The notes under the pieces: generated by a model
The model's database searches: none
Seen by the model: only the letters and a program-made list of their open reading frames with translations
Told to the model about the DNA's origin: nothing
Assembly: GCA_973895155.1 (NCBI GenBank)
Contig: OZ316897.1
Location: 17,218,058-17,282,057 of the forward strand
DNA from: Marsupella aquatica
Lineage: Eukaryota > Plantae > Marchantiophyta
DNA: 64,000 bases
Direction: 5' to 3'
In this document: piece after piece, positions 1-13,050 of the stretch
Layout of the letters: each line of letters begins with the position of its first letter
How positions within the stretch are numbered: the stretch's first letter is position 1
Made by a program: the position numbers and the translations under genes

Positions 1-1065
1 GTTTATGTTCTGGTTGTCCGACTGAAGTAAATTTAACGCGTGATAAAATACTTGCCTCATTGGACTTGTGAAGTGCGGGTGCAAAAGTTGTGGGCATTAT
101 TCTTTTCACGGATCCAAACTGGAGGCCTGGACTGGGCCCAATTTTATTGAACATAAAGCCCGGATGGACTTGCACGTTGTTAGTGAAGCTCTCATGGATA
201 AACCAAACCTGCATGGACTGGATCAAAACATAAAAGTGTGCTTGGACATTGCTATTTACATTTCTGTCCATAAAGTACAGTGTCAATAACCAAATCTGCA
301 CTTCTATCCATAAATTTTCTTTGTCACTAACTCTGTCACCACTTCTATCCTAAAAATATGTCAGTGGCCATAGTATTTTTTTATTGAGAGCTTTGTTGCT
401 TTCTCCCAATACTCTTCCCCTCCACATAATTACTCTACCTATTTTTAAGATTTTAATAAAAAAGATAACATTTAAAGTACATTTAATTTGGTTCTTATGT
501 AAAGACCTTATAAAGTTTCATCTATTCAAAGTAGATGAAACTTTGAATAGATTGAGTGCTTCACATTTTATTCATACCGCCTTAAGTAGTTTGCCCAATC
601 ATAAAACCAAATGAACTTAATTTACTCAAAAATATTTTTTAATATTCAAAAGCCCCGCAAAGGGAGGAAAGCAAAAAACTACTCATGAGCCAAGGTGACA
701 ATTCCCACCAAGGAGGCCAGGTAACGCCCAAATAAGCTCAATTGTCACATATAGATTACAATTTTTCTACACACTTTCTTGAGATTCTAGGGCATCGATA
801 CTTTACGGAATGATTATACAATTTCCAGAAATGCTGTTGCAAAATATTTTTTATAGAGCATTGCTTGTTATCGGAAATATAGTCATTTTTCCCTCGGGGG
901 CCCATATCACGTGTGGAGTTTACAAGTAATAACACCCTAAAACTTAAGAAAATAAAGTTGAATTTTTACTATTTTTCCCCTAACTTTATGGAATATTCTA
1001 TGAATATTCTCACTTTTGATATTAAAAAACTTATAGTTCTTATAATTCTTAAAATTGGATTAAAA

Positions 1066-1409
1066 TGTTAGATATTGCTCTAGTCTTGTGACTCATGAGC
1101 TAACCACAGTTAGTCTAACTCGGGTTAGGACTTAGCTAATGTTAGTGGTAGTGCTGGTGTGCATATAGCCAGGGCTGATGCCAGACCCTGGTGGAACTTA
1201 GGCTCATTGTTACGGAGCTAGTTGAGAGATAGGGAGAGCTTGTGCTGTGGATGCTTGGTATGGCCGGTCGACCTAGAGTGCAGTAAAGCTCTTGTGTGTT
1301 CCCATGGACGTAGCCTCATGTGGAGGTGAACCACGTATCTCTCTGTGTCGATTATTGTGCGTTGGATGGTTCATGGGCTTGCAATTACGAATGTCGTCTA
1401 TGCTTAACA
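1066..1409 (+). mobile_element. Solo LTR (Copia-like), 344 bp
   Basis: Begins TGTTA and ends TAACA. A perfect 5-bp TSD, TAAAA, flanks it (1061-1065 and 1410-1414). Internal motif GGACGTAGCC...GGTGAACCACGTA is typical of plant Copia LTRs. Related copy at 35868-36252. Confidence 0.85.
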
Positions 1410-1564
1410 TAAAACGCCCCTATATTTCTTCAACAAAATTGTAAAGTCTTCCACGCATTAGAATTAAAAACCCCTAACTTCTTCGCATGCAATGGGTCGG
1501 AAGAACGGAAATGAGGACCCAAGATTTTTCCATTGTGAAGCTAAAGGAAATTTTAATTTACATG

Positions 1565-1750
1565 AGCATTGTTGTGGAATCCTATTTTTCAAAGACCATT
1601 GCTCTTGCTGTAAAAAGTGTTTTGACTAATTTTATTGTTATCGAGCTACTTAAGATTTTTCCTTTGGGGAATATTGTTGATGAATCATATTTTTCAGAGA
1701 ACAATGTTCTTGTCATAAAGAGCATCTTTTTTGCTGCAGAGCTATCGAAA
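1565..1750. repeat. Degenerate ~105-bp direct duplication
   Basis: ATTGTTG..GAATC.TATTTTTCA.AGA.CA.TG.TCTTG...GAGCTA occurs twice (~1568 and ~1673). Confidence 0.55.
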
Positions 1751-1851
1751 ATCATGTTATTCATATGACACTACTCTTGTTACAAGGAGTGCTTCAAGTA
1801 CTTTGCCACTAGGGAAGCTACATGAAATGTTAAATGCGCATCTTCATTCTC

Positions 1852-2844
1852 GAGATATATGCTTGATGGGCCCCTTGGTGAACCTTTCTTACCTGATGGG
1901 CCCCTAGGTAACTTTTTTTTACCAAGTCTCTTAATGACCAGTACACCTGTTCTTGTGTGGTGCCTACACCTGTCCTTGTGTGGTGCCTACTATGTATGGT
2001 GACTTCAAGCAAACTGCACAATTGAATTGTGCGGTCAACCTTGCATGGTCGATCGAGAAACCACAGAGATGATTCGGGAGAAACCGCGAAAAGCGACTGC
2101 CGCTGTCGAAACTATGATTTGAAGACAATATGCATTATGTCTTCGGATTCAATGGGTTAATGCCTGAAGACTCAATGGATTATGTCTTCCCGTGTTTCAA
2201 GGTTTAGGGTTTAGGATGTACCCCGACACTTTTGTGTCTGTCTTCTTTTGAAATTGTTTGTATGCATTGCACAGAGGAGTATTACCATTTTTTGAGCGCA
2301 ATTGTCAATCATTTGCCAATTTTTGTTGTGGCGGCAGTAGGCAAATTCTGAACATCGAACTTGAATATTCTTTGTGGACATTTGGAGGTACCCCACACTG
2401 ACGTTGACAGTCGTGCATGAAAACATCGTGAAAAACCCATGTGCGCAACGTGAAAAACATACCTAATAACTACCCCACGATACGGTAAAAATTTGAACCC
2501 GAAGACATAATCCATTGTGTCTTCAGGCATTAACCCAATGAATCCGAAGACATAATGCATATTGTCTTCAAATCGTAGTTTCGACAGCGGCAGTCGCTTT
2601 TTGCGGTTTCTCCCAAATAATCTCTGTAGTTTGTCGGTCGACCATGTAGAGTCGACCGCATGGTTCAACTATGCAGTTTGCTTGGAGTCACTGTACATAG
2701 TAGACACCACACAAGGACAGGTGTAGGCATCACACAAGAGCAGGTGTACTGGTCATTAAGAGGGGTCCTACTTGGTAAAAAAAGTTACCTAGGGGCCCAT
2801 CAGGTAAGAAAGGTTCATCGGTGGGCCCATCAAACATATATCTC
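1852..2844. mobile_element. Non-autonomous Mutator-like element (MULE) with ~340-bp TIRs
   Basis: 1852-2189 is the reverse complement of ~2502-2844. Termini are GAGATATAT...ATATATCTC. A perfect 10-bp TSD, CTTCATTCTC, lies at 1842-1851 and 2845-2854. The unique core is ~310 bp. Confidence 0.9.
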
Positions 2845-3231
2845 CTTCATTCTCTATTTCATAATTTTACATTCTTAATTTCAATTTTTGGTGTTATGTT
2901 TTTATAATTTGATGCACATTATGTTCTTACCCTGACAGAAATGTAGGTGGACAATTAATAACAGAATTGACCATCCATTTGCAGTTAAGCTGTCTCATGA
3001 TCATGTGTAATATGGTGTGTCCCCTGTCACTCAATGGGGATAAATGGAGACAACCTAAGAGTCCATCTGGGCTTTAGTTTCAACTTTATTTGATCAATAA
3101 GTTTACATGATCTATGCTTTTCGAGAGTTTTAATCAAATAAATCACATCTTACATAGGCCCACTACTTGGCATTTATGATCAGTGGACACCGGAAGTGAC
3201 TGGGCCCAGAGTCCACTCATTATATTCTCGA

Positions 3232-3600
3232 GGTAGGCACCACACCTGATTGGGCCCCAAGTTCTTGTAAAACGTAACGTAGCCATTTCCAATTCATGCA
3301 ATTATAGGTACACACCACACCTAATTGGGCCCCAAGTTCTTGTAAAACGTAACGCAGCCATTTCCAACTCATGGAATGATTGGTACCCACCACACCTAAT
3401 TGGGCCCCCAATTTTTGCAAAGCCAAGCCAGCCATGTCGACTCATTATAGTATTCAGGTAGTATCCAGCCATTTCGATTCATTATAGTATCAAGGTAGTA
3501 TCCACGTAGACACCATATCTGATTGGGGCCCCCGTTCTTGTAAAGCCAACAGCAAGGGAATAAAAAGACGGCAAATGGGCCCCACATCTTTGTAAAGCCG
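3232..3600. repeat. 75-bp tandem minisatellite (about 3 good copies plus degenerate ones)
   Basis: CACCACACCT(G/A)ATTGGGCCCC... starts at 3238, 3313 and 3388. Degenerate copies continue to ~3600. Confidence 0.85.
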
Positions 3601-4189
3601 CCCTTAATGACGACTGACCTGTAGATTGAGTGAGTTGTGCTACAACCAGGGTTTTTTTATTTGTTAAAAATTGTTAGATTCACACCTCAGTGCAAAGTCT
3701 TCGTCACTTTTGACTAAAATTAGCTAGGTTTTTTTGTTTTCCATTAGCCGGTTCCCCACCTAGCAGTAGACCCCAGTAGCCAGAATCCGAGGTTTCCTTA
3801 AATGTGGGATTTAACTGTCAAATATATTAGAATAAGATTAGATAAATATCATCCTTGTAGTAGCCACTTTTGGCCAGAAATTGTTAGGTTTTTTGGTCTT
3901 CGGTTTAAACATAGGTACAACCCCTATCAGCAAGAGTATGAACTTTTCCTTAAATATAGGTAGATCCACCTCCAGTAGCCACAAACCAATTATCTGACAG
4001 TTTTCTTCAATATCGTTAGATCTTAACTGTCAAAAGTAAATCTAAGGAAATTAATTAACTAATCTTCTTAGTGTCTTCACACGATTCGCCATTGGTCACA
4101 ACGAGAAAACCTTGAAAATTATCCTTGCTACCTTGAAAATTATCCTTGCTACAGATAACCACGATGGATCACACTATCCAGATGGACCA

Positions 4190-4560
4190 CCTTGTTGTAA
4201 ACCTCCCGTGGATGACATTTGGGTGGTCCATGGGAGTTTGAGGCTATAACTTGATGATTATGTGTCTTAATTAATAGCAAAACAACTAGAGAAGGAGGAG
4301 AAGTAAAATACACAAGCTAAATCTTTCATATTAACACAATGAAAATTAATTTGAATCAACCAAAACAGCCAAAAATGTAATTAATTTTAAGGTAAGTTAT
4401 ATTTTTAAAGTACTCTTGAAGGAAATATAACTTACCTACTCCTCTAGAGTATTTAAAAATAAATAAATGAATTTATGAATACAAGCTATTACAGTTTAGC
4501 TCAAATTTTGGGGAAGGTGGTCCATGGGGGTTTTAAAGACTAACCCTGTGCGCTATTTCC
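4190..4560 (+). repeat. Dispersed repeat family copy (probable non-autonomous TE)
   Basis: Colinear similarity to 33130-33500: GGTGGTCCATGGGAGTTTGAGGC..ATAACTT ... GTGGTCCATGGGGGTTT.AAAGAC. Confidence 0.65.
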
Positions 4561-5572
4561 AATATTATAGCGATGGAGGCCCTTGATCCAATCCAGGGGC
4601 TTTTAATTCACCTACAGCTGTTACCCAATTTTTAAGATTGAATTCTTGGGGAAGAGTAATTTTTAAGATTGACTTTTTGGGGAAGAGGAATCTGGACCCA
4701 TCTGTTTTGATTGAGATTGAAAAGTAGATAGATATGTGTTGAAAATTGTCACGACACACAGATGGACCATCTCTGTTCTCCTTTCTTTTCTGTTCACCAC
4801 CGGTCCAGACAATTTTCAAGTTAGGGGCTCTAATCCCATCATTGATTACTTTGTCATCAGTGCTCAAGTGGCAGAGCTTACGGAGAGACATTTACTTACT
4901 CAATTGAACCACAATTCAGAATGAGTGTGGGCAATTGGTTACTCAGGGTAAATAAAATGGAGGGTGGGCTTACTACTAATTGAACAGTCGGTTACTCAGG
5001 GTAAATAAAATGGTTATTTTTGAAACATTTTTACATCAAAGTTTATGGCATGGCGTCCCTCAATTTTACCAAAATTTTGCCACAAACATGAATGTTGAAG
5101 TAAATTTATTTTGTAAACCAAATTTTGCAGCACATCATAATGATGTGGCACGCTGTGGAGTCTTGAATTTTGGAAGGGACCTCTAGTGGGGTCCATAATA
5201 ATTCTTCCCAATTGTAGTCCGTCAGGGTTTTTTTCACTTTTTGGTCACATGGTTATAGGTTAGTAACCTATGAACAGATCTTCATTTTCCTGTACTTTGA
5301 GATGTTCTGGTGACACCTAGCAGACTCTCTTCACAGGCCGACCCTATTTTCAAATGCTGTGCACTATTCCCTGCACTACTTCAATCCCATCCCCATTTTC
5401 ACCCCCACCCCTAATTTGAATATTTTCCCCTAAGTCTTTGAGCATAAATAGAGACCAAAACAATGATTAAAGAACCATGCAATAAAAATGATTATACACT
5501 ATTGTTGGTTCAATTTTGTCCCATCTTTGTTTTTTGTCCACTTTATTTTTCTCTTTTGTTCTTATTGAGAGT

Positions 5573-5800
5573 ACTCTACACACTAGCCCTTAGCCCTCAA
5601 CAGTAGCACTGCGCTTTATCAGTAAGATGTTTAGTATGCCATGAGGTTTCACTCTACACACTAGCCCTCAGCCCTCAAAAGTAGCATTGCGCTTTATTAC
5701 TAAGATGGTTAGTATGCCATGAGGTTTCACTCTACACACTAGCCCATAGCCCTCAAAAGTAGCATTGCGCTTTATTACTAAGATGGTTAGTATGCCATGA
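5573..5800. repeat. 78-bp tandem repeat x3
   Basis: ACTCTACACACTAGCCC... starts at 5573, 5651 and 5729. Confidence 0.9.
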
Positions 5801-6101
5801 CATTAGTGACTGTAAAGCCTAATGCAAAAAAATTATCTAACCTGTGATAAAATTATGATCATTCCCATTTAGTAACTGTAAAGCCTCCTGCCCTAGTGCA
5901 AGAAAATTACCTAGCCTGTGATAAAATCTAGCCACGATTACCCAAACCTAGTAATTGTGAAGGTTTTGAGGCTCCCCTAATGATACCCCAAATCTTCGAG
6001 ATGCCCCAATGATACCTCAGAACCCAACTGGGAAAGTGATACGTGGGAAGGTCTGAACGAATGATACCCAAGCACCGAACTGGAAAGTCTGAAGTAGCGA
6101 T

Positions 6102-6130
6102 GGATATGCTCGTGAGAGGCCAGTATATCC
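6102..6130. promoter_or_regulatory. Pair of P1BS (PHR1-binding, GNATATNC) motifs
   Basis: GGATATGC at 6102-6109 and GTATATCC at 6123-6130. They lie ~250 bp before a CT-rich leader-like region upstream of a purple acid phosphatase, a family known to be induced by phosphate starvation. Confidence 0.5.
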
Positions 6131-8828
6131 GGATCATTCCCGATTGACGCACTTCCATGCACAGCACGAGCATTGCACCCTGTGCTGTACATTGGAAAAA
6201 TAGTATTATTATTGCACCCTGTGTGAAAAAAGAGTATTATCAATTTATTATGTCACTGAAGATGCTTCTTCTTTCAATTACGCAATCGATCTGACGTACC
6301 AGAGCGTAACCCACCTTTTCGCCGGGGAAAAGGGAGTTCGAATTCCCGTCTTTCCTCGTGCTTTTCCTCGTGCTTTTCCTCGTTGCTGAGTTGATCTGTC
6401 TGAGTGAGAAGAATTCCAGCAGACACTTTGTTGTGAAGTCAGATCGCTCGAGTCCAGTCTCCCCTTTGAAGCCGCCCTTGGGTTAATTGTGCTTTTCCCT
6501 CCTGAATTTCGGTCCTCGCAGAATCGACACTTCTGTGTACAGTAGTGGTGTCCTTCATCATTTATGGTTGATGTTGCTTTGAGTTCCGAGGCAGCAAGAA
6601 GCTTCGTGAATGGTGGAGTTCAGTTCCTTGGCGGCAGGACCAGAAACAGCTGGCGACATTTTGTTCAGGTAACGGATGCTTGCCAGAATGTGGGCGTTTA
6701 CCAGTGGAGAGCTGATTCACAGGAAGAATTGTTTTCTTTTGCTGGAGGAGAGAGAGAGACGTACTGTTGTTCAGAACATTGTCCGGCAAATAATTAGTAA
6801 ATTAATTGCGAAGCGGGGCAATGATGGTCGATGGTGCACAGGCGCCGGTATCATCAGGGGGAGGAGATATTCGATTGCTTTGCGTCCGTAAAGAGTAATT
6901 TGTTGGGTGGGGTGGGGCCACGATGCTACTTGTTGGCGTTGGAACGCGAGATCGATCGATGAGATTGTGGTCTCTGATCACTTTTGCAGGCCGGGCTTTG
7001 CATTTTTGCTTGATCGTCGAGCTTGCGGCGACTGCAAGCCCTGCCTAGCCCTGGACGGGTGCATGTCGCTGATCGCCCACGGGAGGGAGGGCGGAAGAGG
7101 AGGAACGCACTTAATTATTGCATTGGATTGGGCGTCTTTTCTACCTCTGTCCTCTTCATCCGCTTTCTGAATCAAGTACGACATTAAGAAGTCCGGCAGC
7201 TTTTAATCAGCTCTCGCTGATCTGGAAAGCGGTCAAGTCGAGATAGATCTCGAGCTTGAATCCAGCTCCTGGGCCGCGGGGCGGTGGAGGCGTCTCCTTG
7301 GTTGCAAGATTGATTTCTGAGTACGTAACGTGTGGTTCTTACATTTCTTTAACCTCGTGCCGTCTTCCTTCATTGTTCTTTCCTAATCCCTCTCCTTCTT
7401 CAATCTTGTCGTTGCTTTCCAACTTGTGGAAAGCCGGAGCTCGTTTTCATCGTAGGAGTTTTCCAGTCGACGAATTTTGGGTTACACTGTGTTGGAAACT
7501 GACGGATTAATGGTGAAACTTCATGAATCGGGGAGAGTAGCATCAATTGAATCTGGAATCTTTTAGAAATGGTAGCTCGTGAATTACCGTTCGGTGCTCT
7601 CCGGGGGGAAGGACAGACGAACGGGGAAGCTTACACGTGTTGTAGTTTCAGGTGCGGCTCCTCCTTGAGCGACTCTATGCATGATCTTAGTTCGCCCGGT
7701 CTGGCGATCACCTTGATAAGTTGTTATCTTGTAGTTTTGTTTTTCGCAGACTTTTGAAATCAGTTGTACTGTCCCACTGTCCTCAAGATCACACAAGTGA
7801 ATCTGTTGAATCTTTGAATTGAAGCGATGGCGCTAAACACTAAACCATGGGACTCCTGTCGATGGTAGAGGGAAAGTGTCGTTGCCTCTGAAGCCATCCT
7901 TCTCGGGATTGTTTGCTAGTGTCTTACTTATCATGATTGAAGAACCCACCTGCGTAACTGGATGGGACGCGGACACTACCAGAGGACGGATCAACGATGA
8001 TCTTCCTGAGAAACTCCGTGGGATGTCACTCACGGTCTATTATCAGCCTTCTCCTCGAGTACGGTAGGGAGCAAGCTAAGGTCGCTTTTCCTCACGAGAC
8101 GCTGCAACATATGAGCGTTTCAGATTCGACCATGAAATAGAGTCTTCTTGACGTCGAAACTTTCACCAGAATTACCAAATTATCACATGAGCTTGTCATT
8201 CTAAGAAATCGACCAGGGAAGTTGAGAAGTTCGAGCTCTACGGTTAGGAAGGGCGCCCAATTTCTGGAATGTTAGTTTGCGAGCGACTATCTCAGTTCTT
8301 CGACAGAATTGTATGAACAAACTATCTCAATTCTTCGATGTGGCTGGTAAAAGAAATTGCGGAAGGAAGGATATTTCTAGAAACCTTCACTGATCTTGAT
8401 TCGATTTGACCTTCTCCTGATGGTCTGCCGCACAGACCGATGACTTGTAGGTTGGTAGTGAGTCCTAGAGATGAAGCCCCCAAACATTGTGCCGTGATAT
8501 CAAGAGCACAGGTCGATCAGACAGGACTGATGTTACTAGTCAGTAGGATTTCATTCACTTCACTGGTCACTGAAGACTAGTTCTGTGGGACAGAGTGGGT
8601 AACAAGTCTGTCTGATGAATGACATTTGTCCAGGTCTGCCTAGGAATCACGAAGTTTTTATGCACTTATATAACGCCATCTCAATTGTTGTTTTCACACA
8701 GATGGTGACTTAGCGCTGATCAGCTCCGCTTCACTCACCAGATTGAAGCAACGGTCGCTCTCACTGCTCTACATCTGCTTCATCTTGACTGATTCGGACG
8801 ATCGAGTGAACAAAAAAGGGGTTTCAAG

Positions 8829-11800
8829 ATGGGAGATTTGAAAGATGAAGAAATCGGCCTCCTCGCAGAAGAGGTACGTATGTTCCTTGGGCTGCACTCC
8901 GATCCCTCATCACGGCTTCCTTTCAAGCATTATGTTGGTTCCACATATGAGCGGACGTGTGCGTGTCTGTAATTCGTGAGAGAACGTCGCTAAGGTCTAT
9001 ACTCGATCGCGTTCATTTGCTCCGAGTTTGTTCGGAAACTAGTATCGCTTCAATCGTCCCCGCCTTACTCCACAGGTTTGTGATGAGAACGGGATCCGTG
9101 GTGCTATTTGTAGGCTTCAGTTTGGCGCAGAACACCAATGCTTTGGCTGAATTGGTCCGTGAAGTCCCTCTCAGTTTGACTGAAAATTTCAACGATCGAT
9201 GAGTCTTCGGTTAGAGTAAATTGTAGTGTCGATGAACGGGAATGGTAATTTAGAGTGTCGCTTCAATGAACTGTGTCTGTCCTCATTCCAACAGTTATGG
9301 GCAGTGGTCTACTGTGTGAAATTTCAAACTTCTTCGTAGGTTTCGTTGAGAACTGAATTCATGAACATGCCCATTGCGACATAAGGGAAGCTGAAAGGTA
9401 ACCCGTTTTTGATGGTCAGAGCCTCGATGAAGAATTCCACAAGACCTACCAAAATTTCACAGAGCAGATGAACCTTGAGTTCCTTGCAGCCTGCCTAAGT
9501 TGGCATTAGCACTTCCAAAGCACCACTTCATAATATTGCTATCACGGACCGAGATCAGGATTCTTGACCGCTGGTTGTATCACTTGTCTTTAAAATGAAT
9601 CTGCCAATTGCGTTTCTCTCTCCTAATTGTGTGCACGGAGGCTCACCAATTCCTGTGAATGGTTTCAATTAGCAGGCGGGGTCGACGGCGGAAATAGTTG
9701 CGGCATCATCCTCCCGGAATGCATCCAGGAAGACTTCGACCTGGTCAGTGGCGATGACGCTGCTAATTCTTGTGGGCCTATTGGCCGTGATTTTCACCAT
9801 TTTCCATACTGAAGAGTACACCCATGAAATGGAGGTCATGGAGAGGAGAGAAGCTTGGAGGGCGAGGAGAGACGCTTTGCAGGCCCCCTTGAACGTGCTC
9901 GTCGTGGGCGACTGGGGACGGGAAGGCGAATACAATCAAACTCTTGTGGCAAACCAGGTACCCTTCTTTCGTTCCCTCAGCCTCTTCTACCCGGCAAACA
10001 GTTCCCAATCAAGGGTGGAAAACATTTAAGCAGCGCGCTGACATTCCGCACTTTTGCAGATGGGTAACGTGGGGAGACAGCTGGACCTCAACTTTATCAT
10101 CTCCTCCGGGGACAATTTTTACGATTCCGGTTTGGACACCGTCCAGGATGAGAAATTCGATGAGTCGTTCTCGGAAGTCTACACGGCTCCCAGCTTGCAG
10201 AAAACGTGGTATGCAGGTTGAGGCTCCGTTCCTCCCTCCCTCCCTCCCTCTCACACAAATGACTTTCTATCTCGCTCTCTGCCTCTTGCAGATTCTCTCT
10301 GTTCCTGAGATGTTGAGTGTCTTTAGGCAACCTTTGCATCTGGATTCCATGGTATTCCTATTGGCAGTAGCATAGAATTCTGGAATCCAAAGCTTTTAGA
10401 GTGCTTTGCCTTTGAAGTCAAGGTTGCATGTGTATGTGGTAAGACACAAGAGAAACGTTCACGTCATTTCATACGGCTATACTCCTGATGAAAACCTCAA
10501 TTTTCCCTTTTGATTGCATTACAGTGAACGATTGATTCAATTTAGAAGGAGAATTCGATGATTAGCATGCAACCTAGTCACTAAAATATGAGTGCTTGTA
10601 TTATCTGTCATTGCAGTGTTAGGCAATCATGATTACAGAGGAAACCCACAAGTTCAAGTGGACAAGGTTTTGAATAGCCGAGACTCCCGTTGGGTCTGCG
10701 ACTACACGTACACGCTCTCTGTCGACCTAGGCCATTCCTGTCATGGTATGCATTCATTTTCTTTCATCCCCGACTCTCCTCCGAATGCTGTCATGAAGGC
10801 TCCACTTTGCTCTCTGACTGCTCTTTGTAATCTGACCCAACTGGCTGAATTTCATCGGCCACAAAGAGTCACACCTCTGTCCAACAATAAGAGGAACACT
10901 TCTGAACATAAATCTCACACTTCATGAGATAATTCTGGTCATCGGAAGAGTCCTTTGACCTTGTAACTGAAGAGCACTAGTTTTGTGCTGCAACTCCTTT
11001 CACAGATAATTCGTCTGTAGAAGCGTCGCTCTTAATGTTGGACGGAGGAGGTATGTGATTTCCTCAGCAAGCTTCCTGGGCATGAGCTAGCATGAGCCCC
11101 CGGTGATAACAAAGCTTCAATCTGTGTTGTATGACAGGAAGAAGAAAGGATACTGGGTCACTCTACGCAGAGTTCTTCTTCATTGACACAAATCCTTTCG
11201 AGGAAGATTATTGGACTGACGACAACGAGCATTACACGTGGACGAGGCCAATTCCACGAGAAGTGGTCATTGCCAACCAGCTTAAGGTATTGCCTTTGTA
11301 GGCTTTGACTCATCCCGGTGTCCAGCACCTATTGCCCTTCGTGTTGAAAAAGTCGGAACTACATTACAAAACACCTGCTCCAAGCTAATTTCTTCAGTCT
11401 AACGTGGAATCTCACTGGGTGCGAACAGAATCTGACTGAAGCTCTCGAGACTTCAACAGCAACGTGGAAAATTGTGGTTGGTCACCATACGATGTTCAGC
11501 TACGGGCCCCACGGCAACACTCCAGAGCTAATTCAGAAGGTCTTACCGATATTGAAGGTAGAAACAGCTTGTGACATCCTCTGTTCTGGTTGGCTGATTT
11601 CAAGGGTTTCCACCGGTCAAGTAGTTCTGTCGAGTCCTCTGATCCTAGGATGAGCATCTGCAATGAGGGTGCACGCTGGATAATTCGTGACCATAAGTTT
11701 ATTCAACGTTGTTTTGTTTTAGGCGAACAAGGTCGACTTGTACGTCAATGGACATGATCATTGCCTCCAAGACATCAAGCGGGCCGACAGGTAATGTGAC

Positions 11801-12162
11801 CTATTCGGAAGCGTTGAGCAAGTTGAGGGTTTTTCTGCCAAGTTTGCAATCTGAGTTGTCAATCACTCCTAGAACCAAAGATAGAAACTACACGGTACTG
11901 TGTTTGTTCTGGTTAGAGAGGTTCAATGCCTTAAGCTGATCGAGGGTTTGTGTTGAGGATGTGCAGTGACATCCATTTTGTGACGTCCGGAGGTGGATCT
12001 AAGGCCTGGAAGGGAGAGTTGCCTCCCTCCAACTTAGAAGATTCCAAGCTGTACTACGATGGGCAGGGCTTCATCTCCATTTCCATCTCTCCATCGATCT
12101 TACAAGTGAACTACTATGATGTGTATGGGGACATTCTACATCAAATAGAACTCACGAAATGA
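8829..12162 (+). CDS. Purple acid phosphatase, low-molecular-weight PAP17/PAP3/ACP5 type, 8 coding exons
   Basis: Exons 8829-8873, 9676-9957, 10060-10216, 10617-10745, 11138-11286, 11429-11557, 11723-11790 and 11967-12162 join in frame with GT-AG introns. All five metal-binding motifs are present: [32 protein letters not shown] is also present. Confidence 0.93.
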
Positions 12163-13050
12163 TCAGCACTTTGATAAGTTTTTCCTTTCAAGATATGACC
12201 TAGCTACGTTAGGGGAGATTTTGCCAGCGGATATCTACCCAGCCAACATTGTTGTATCATACCATGTTGATGGACACTATCCTAGCAGGACTAATGAAAT
12301 TACGTTAACTATGAGATAGTTGTCCCCACCCTTGCCACAGAAGTACTGGACCTTCACAGAGTAGATAGCAAACGTTCATAACCGCTGTTGGCTAGTACTG
12401 CTAAGGTAGTGAGCAAGTCAAGTAGATTGCATAGAACCAAAATGTGTAATCATCTCTTATAGAAAGAAACGGATTTTGTATCAAATATCACCGGTTGGTC
12501 AGCGATAACAGAGTTTGTTGTGGGACACTTTCCTAGTCTCTTTTGCCTACATGTGAAACTGAATTAAATTTCAAAAGCATTAGGTTAAGTGCAGCCCGAG
12601 TGCCTCAAAAGCTAGTAAACTCAGTAAATCAATACCGTTAAAACAAAGTGAATGTTCCCAGACTGTAAACAAAGATAATAGCAAGCAACGACACAATTCC
12701 GAGGAACATCTGGGCTAAAAATTGTTTACGTTCTCTATTCATTCATAAAACTATCCTTGTGTATGTGAAGAAACCTTATCGGAAATAGCTCGCCCACTTT
12801 CGAAAATTGTTATCCAATCTCTACTTGCGGATCGATACACCCTGCCGCTTTCCGAGGGGCTTCTTGTGATTAAGGGGAATCCTACTACGTTGGGCACAAA
12901 GTAGTCTACAAATTGCACTATGGAAAAATAGGGTACGGACTTCCAGATGAATGTGGCCCATGCAGACATCCACTTCCCACTCAGATTCAGGTTCCAATGT
13001 AACTGAGCCGTGGTAACCAAAAATCGTACAAAATTTGTTCGTCAAAGGGT

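Noticed and set aside
3232-3600. 75-bp periodic repeats as CRISPR or a repeat protein
   Set aside because: The whole unit is repeated, and the periodic ORF is a by-product of the 75-bp period.
4815-4885. tRNA-like A-box (GCTCAAGTGGCAGAGC) and degenerate B-box
   Set aside because: The boxes are in the wrong order and no cloverleaf forms. At most a decayed SINE fragment.
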